Positions 32,646 to 35,192 of a DNA stretch of 35,192 nt are shown here, piece by piece. Position numbers and translations under genes: made by a program. The DNA is from Chiloscyllium plagiosum (Eukaryota): NCBI RefSeq assembly GCF_004010195.1, contig NC_057754.1, positions 4,787,397 through 4,822,588 of the forward strand. Direction: 5' to 3'. Each line of letters begins with the position of its first letter. Position 1 is the stretch's first letter. A model generated the notes under the pieces. That model worked only from the letters and a program-made list of their open reading frames with translations, ran no database searches and was not told the DNA's origin.

Positions 32646-32789
32646 AGGTCCTTGTGGTCTATAAATACAGAAAGAGATTTCACAGATTTTTTTGCCTCTA
32701 TGAATTGATATTTGTGTTATTTTTAATGGTTGACCAGCTCATATCAAAAGGGAGTAGACTGACCAAGTAGTTGCTTAAAAAAAGGAAGT

Positions 32790-32956
32790 TAGCATGGAAT
32801 GCATTATCCCAGGAGGCTATTGAGGCAGAAGCTGCAATATTTTAAACAGAATTTGATGGGATTTGAAAAGAGGGAATAGAAAAGGATAGGAATGACAGAC
32901 AAGAGGACTGGAAGAGAAAATGCAGATCAATTTATTTTCTTGTGCTGTAAATCATG
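32790..32956 (+). mobile_element. Very old CR1 3' fragment
   Basis: tggaatgcattatcccaggaggctattgaggcag (WNAL...EA) ... ttcttgtgctgtaaatc. Confidence 0.4.
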
Positions 32957-33661
32957 AGTTCTCAAACTGTGGGTTGCACATCTTATGGTGTGGCAGAAGT
33001 CACACTTGAAATTCTGAGCTGCACCTCCTCATATTTTAAACAAATAATACTTTTACAAGTGCTTTAAAACACAGATTCTCCTGTTCACACAATGTCTATA
33101 TATGTTGAACTATAGACTGCAAACTTCAATATAATTGTTCATTGAATGTTTGCTGCTTAGTTGCTCTTTTATTTTTACTGACAACTGGGATCTTGTAGAT
33201 TTTCAGGTGTTAAAATGATGTCACATTTTCAAGTGGTTGGGGTTAAGCATTGCTGAAAATTCTGTAATTCTATAATAGCCAAATACTGTCAACTGGTTCT
33301 TCTTGAACATTACTTATCTGTTATCTTTGCTGCAGTTTTCTGAATTGAAACTCTCCCTCTTTACTGTATCTGGTTTCCTCTCTACTGTCTTTTCTCCTCT
33401 TAGCCATATCTCTTCTTTCTCTGCCTGGTAATGACATCATTAGTCTCAATTCAATCATCATTGCTTTTGTCTAATTATAGTCCAAACTATAGTCCAACTA
33501 GAGGGTACAAAATTCAGGAAAACTGTTAAAAAGGTTTAATACTGTCACCATCAGTATATCAAGAGTATGGAATCCATGTACAAGAGTAATAGGGAATATG
33601 AACCTTTAAGTTGTACTGAAGTCTATTTATGTGATTATACATAATAAACATGACCATGATC

Positions 33662-33853
33662 AGTTGAAAAGTGTGATGCTGGAAAAGCACAGCAAGTCAG
33701 GCAGCATCTGACGAGTAGAAGAGTCGACGTTTCAGACATAAGCCCTTCGTCAGAAATGTCCTTGGATGCTGCCTGACATGTTGTGTTTTTCCAGGGCTAC
33801 ACTTTTAGATTGATCCTCCAGCATCTTTAGTCCTCACTTTCTCTGAGTTGCTG
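33662..33853 (+). mobile_element. Older fold-back PLE-terminus element (family A)
   Basis: Left arm aaaagtgtgatgctggaaaagcacagcaagtcaggcagcatc...tcgacgtttcagacataagcccttcgtcag, right arm gatgctgcctgacatgttgtgtttttccag, tail ctccagcatct..agtcctcactttctc. TSD atgaccatgatc (33650-33661) / atgaccttgatc (33854-33865). Confidence 0.78.
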
Positions 33854-33959
33854 ATGACCTTGATCGTTCTAGAGAGATCAACAAGAAGTTGATAGAATTT
33901 AACTTAAAAAAAATAGTAAGACATCACTAAACCGATTTATTTTCCCCTCTGTAATATAA

Positions 33960-34256
33960 CCTGACTGTTAACTAGAAATACAGATGCTCTGGCTAACATT
34001 CTACAGATGTGGTTAAAATCTGACCACAGCAGTTGGAGGAACTTAAAATTCAATGAGTAGAATCTGTAATTGAAAGCCAGAGAGGGAAATCTTACCTGGT
34101 TTGCTCCACATTTGGTTCTAGACTCACAGCAGTGTTGCTAACTCTTAACTGTCCTCAGAAATGGTCTGTCAAGCCACTTAATTCAAGGGTGATTAAGAAT
34201 GGGCAACAAATGCTGGTCTTAGCAGTGAAGCCAACATCCAATCAAGTAAATAAATT
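33960..34256 (+). mobile_element. Degenerate copy of the SINE at 32261-32645
   Basis: Shared aatctgtaattgaaagc, ctcttaactgtcctcagaaatgg and gggcaacaaatgctgg. Confidence 0.6.
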
Positions 34257-34279
34257 AATTAATTCCCTGACTATCTTGC

Positions 34280-34438
34280 TTTCCCCCTTTAAGATGTTTC
34301 TTCAAACCTACCTCTTTGATCAAACATTTTGTCATCTGCTGTGATAACTTCTAATGTGGCTTGGAGTCAGTCATTGTCTTATTCCTTCCTTGTGAAGTGC
34401 CTGGTGTTGTTTGATTGTGTTAAGCTAAATAAGTAAGC
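34280..34438 (+). mobile_element. L2-like LINE 3' end
   Basis: cctttaagatgtttcttcaaacctacctctttgatcaa...ccttgtgaagtgcctgg...gctaaataagtaagc. Confidence 0.45.
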
Positions 34439-34664
34439 ATGGGAACACTAGAATAACTCAGCAGTCAAGCAGCATCTGTGATGAAAAGCCGAGCTACTGG
34501 GCGGAATTTTCCCCTGCCTAATGTGATATGGGTAAAGGCGAGAAAGTTGGAAAATTACATTGAGAATGAAAACATCAGAAATTTGATGTCAATAAAAATA
34601 CGTTTGAATTTCCTCTTAAGCTTTAAAGGGTGACTTCAGAATCTTGCTATTAAGTGGCAACTAA

Positions 34665-35192
34665 GGCCAGGTGTTAGAATTAGAGGTAGGTGAGCACTTT
34701 GGGGACAGTGACCACAATTCGGTGATTTTTACTCTAGTGATGGAGAGGGATAAGTGTGTACTGCAGGGCAAGAGTTATAGCTGGGGGCAGGGAAATTATG
34801 ATGCGGTGAGGCATGACTTAGGATGCGTGGCTTGGAAAAGTAGGCTTCAAGGCAAGGGCGTAATTGATATGTGGAGCTTGTTCAAGGAGCAACTATTGAG
34901 TGTCCTTGATAAGTATGTACCTGTCAGGCAGGGAGGAAAGGGTCGTGTGAGGGAGCCGTGGTTTAATAAGGAATTGGAATCCCTTGTTAAATGGAAGAGG
35001 GCGGCCTATGTAAAGATGAAGGCGTGAAGGTCCAATTGGGGTGATTGAGAGTTATAAGGTAGCCAGGAAGGACCTGAAGAGAGAGCAAAAGCAGCAAGGA
35101 GGGGACATGAAAGGCCCTTAGTTGGTAGGATTAGGGAAAACCCCAAGGCTTTCTATAGGTATGTCAGGAATAAAAGAATGACGAGGGTAGGA
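34665..35192 (+). mobile_element. CR1 LINE ORF2 fragment (end of endonuclease and linker), running off the window
   Basis: GQVLELEVGEHFGDSDHNSVIF (catalytic SDH), MWSLFKEQLLSVLDKYVP, EPWF and RENPKAFYRYVRNKR; stop and frameshift near 35027. Confidence 0.92.

Overview
AT-rich, repeat-dense vertebrate genomic DNA, most likely from an elasmobranch (shark or ray), inferred from HE1-type V-SINEs, CR1 LINEs and DeuSINE-like relics. The only host coding sequence I can support is the first coding exon of a non-erythroid beta-spectrin (exon 2568-2759, CDS 2600-2759, + strand), most like SPTBN2. The next exon (DEREAVQKKTFTKW...) was not found, so the remaining ~32 kb appears to be intron. That intron holds CR1 fragments (one nested and rearranged), a SINE nested in a SINE, two related solo LTRs, a PIF/Harbinger transposase pseudogene with Myb/SANT-like remnants, a one-ended Tigger-like element, and a 5'-truncated Penelope-like element (PLE) with a GIY-YIG domain and a minimal hammerhead ribozyme motif. 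The most striking pattern is about seven short (~120-220 bp) fold-back insertions from several families. Most are flanked by 12-15 bp target-site duplications (TSDs), and several turn around at or next to a minimal hammerhead core (CUGANGA...GAAA..UH). There is also a separate, nearly perfect 337-bp palindrome at 9263-9599. An assembly gap runs 18883-19644. All family assignments are by eye; no database searches were run.
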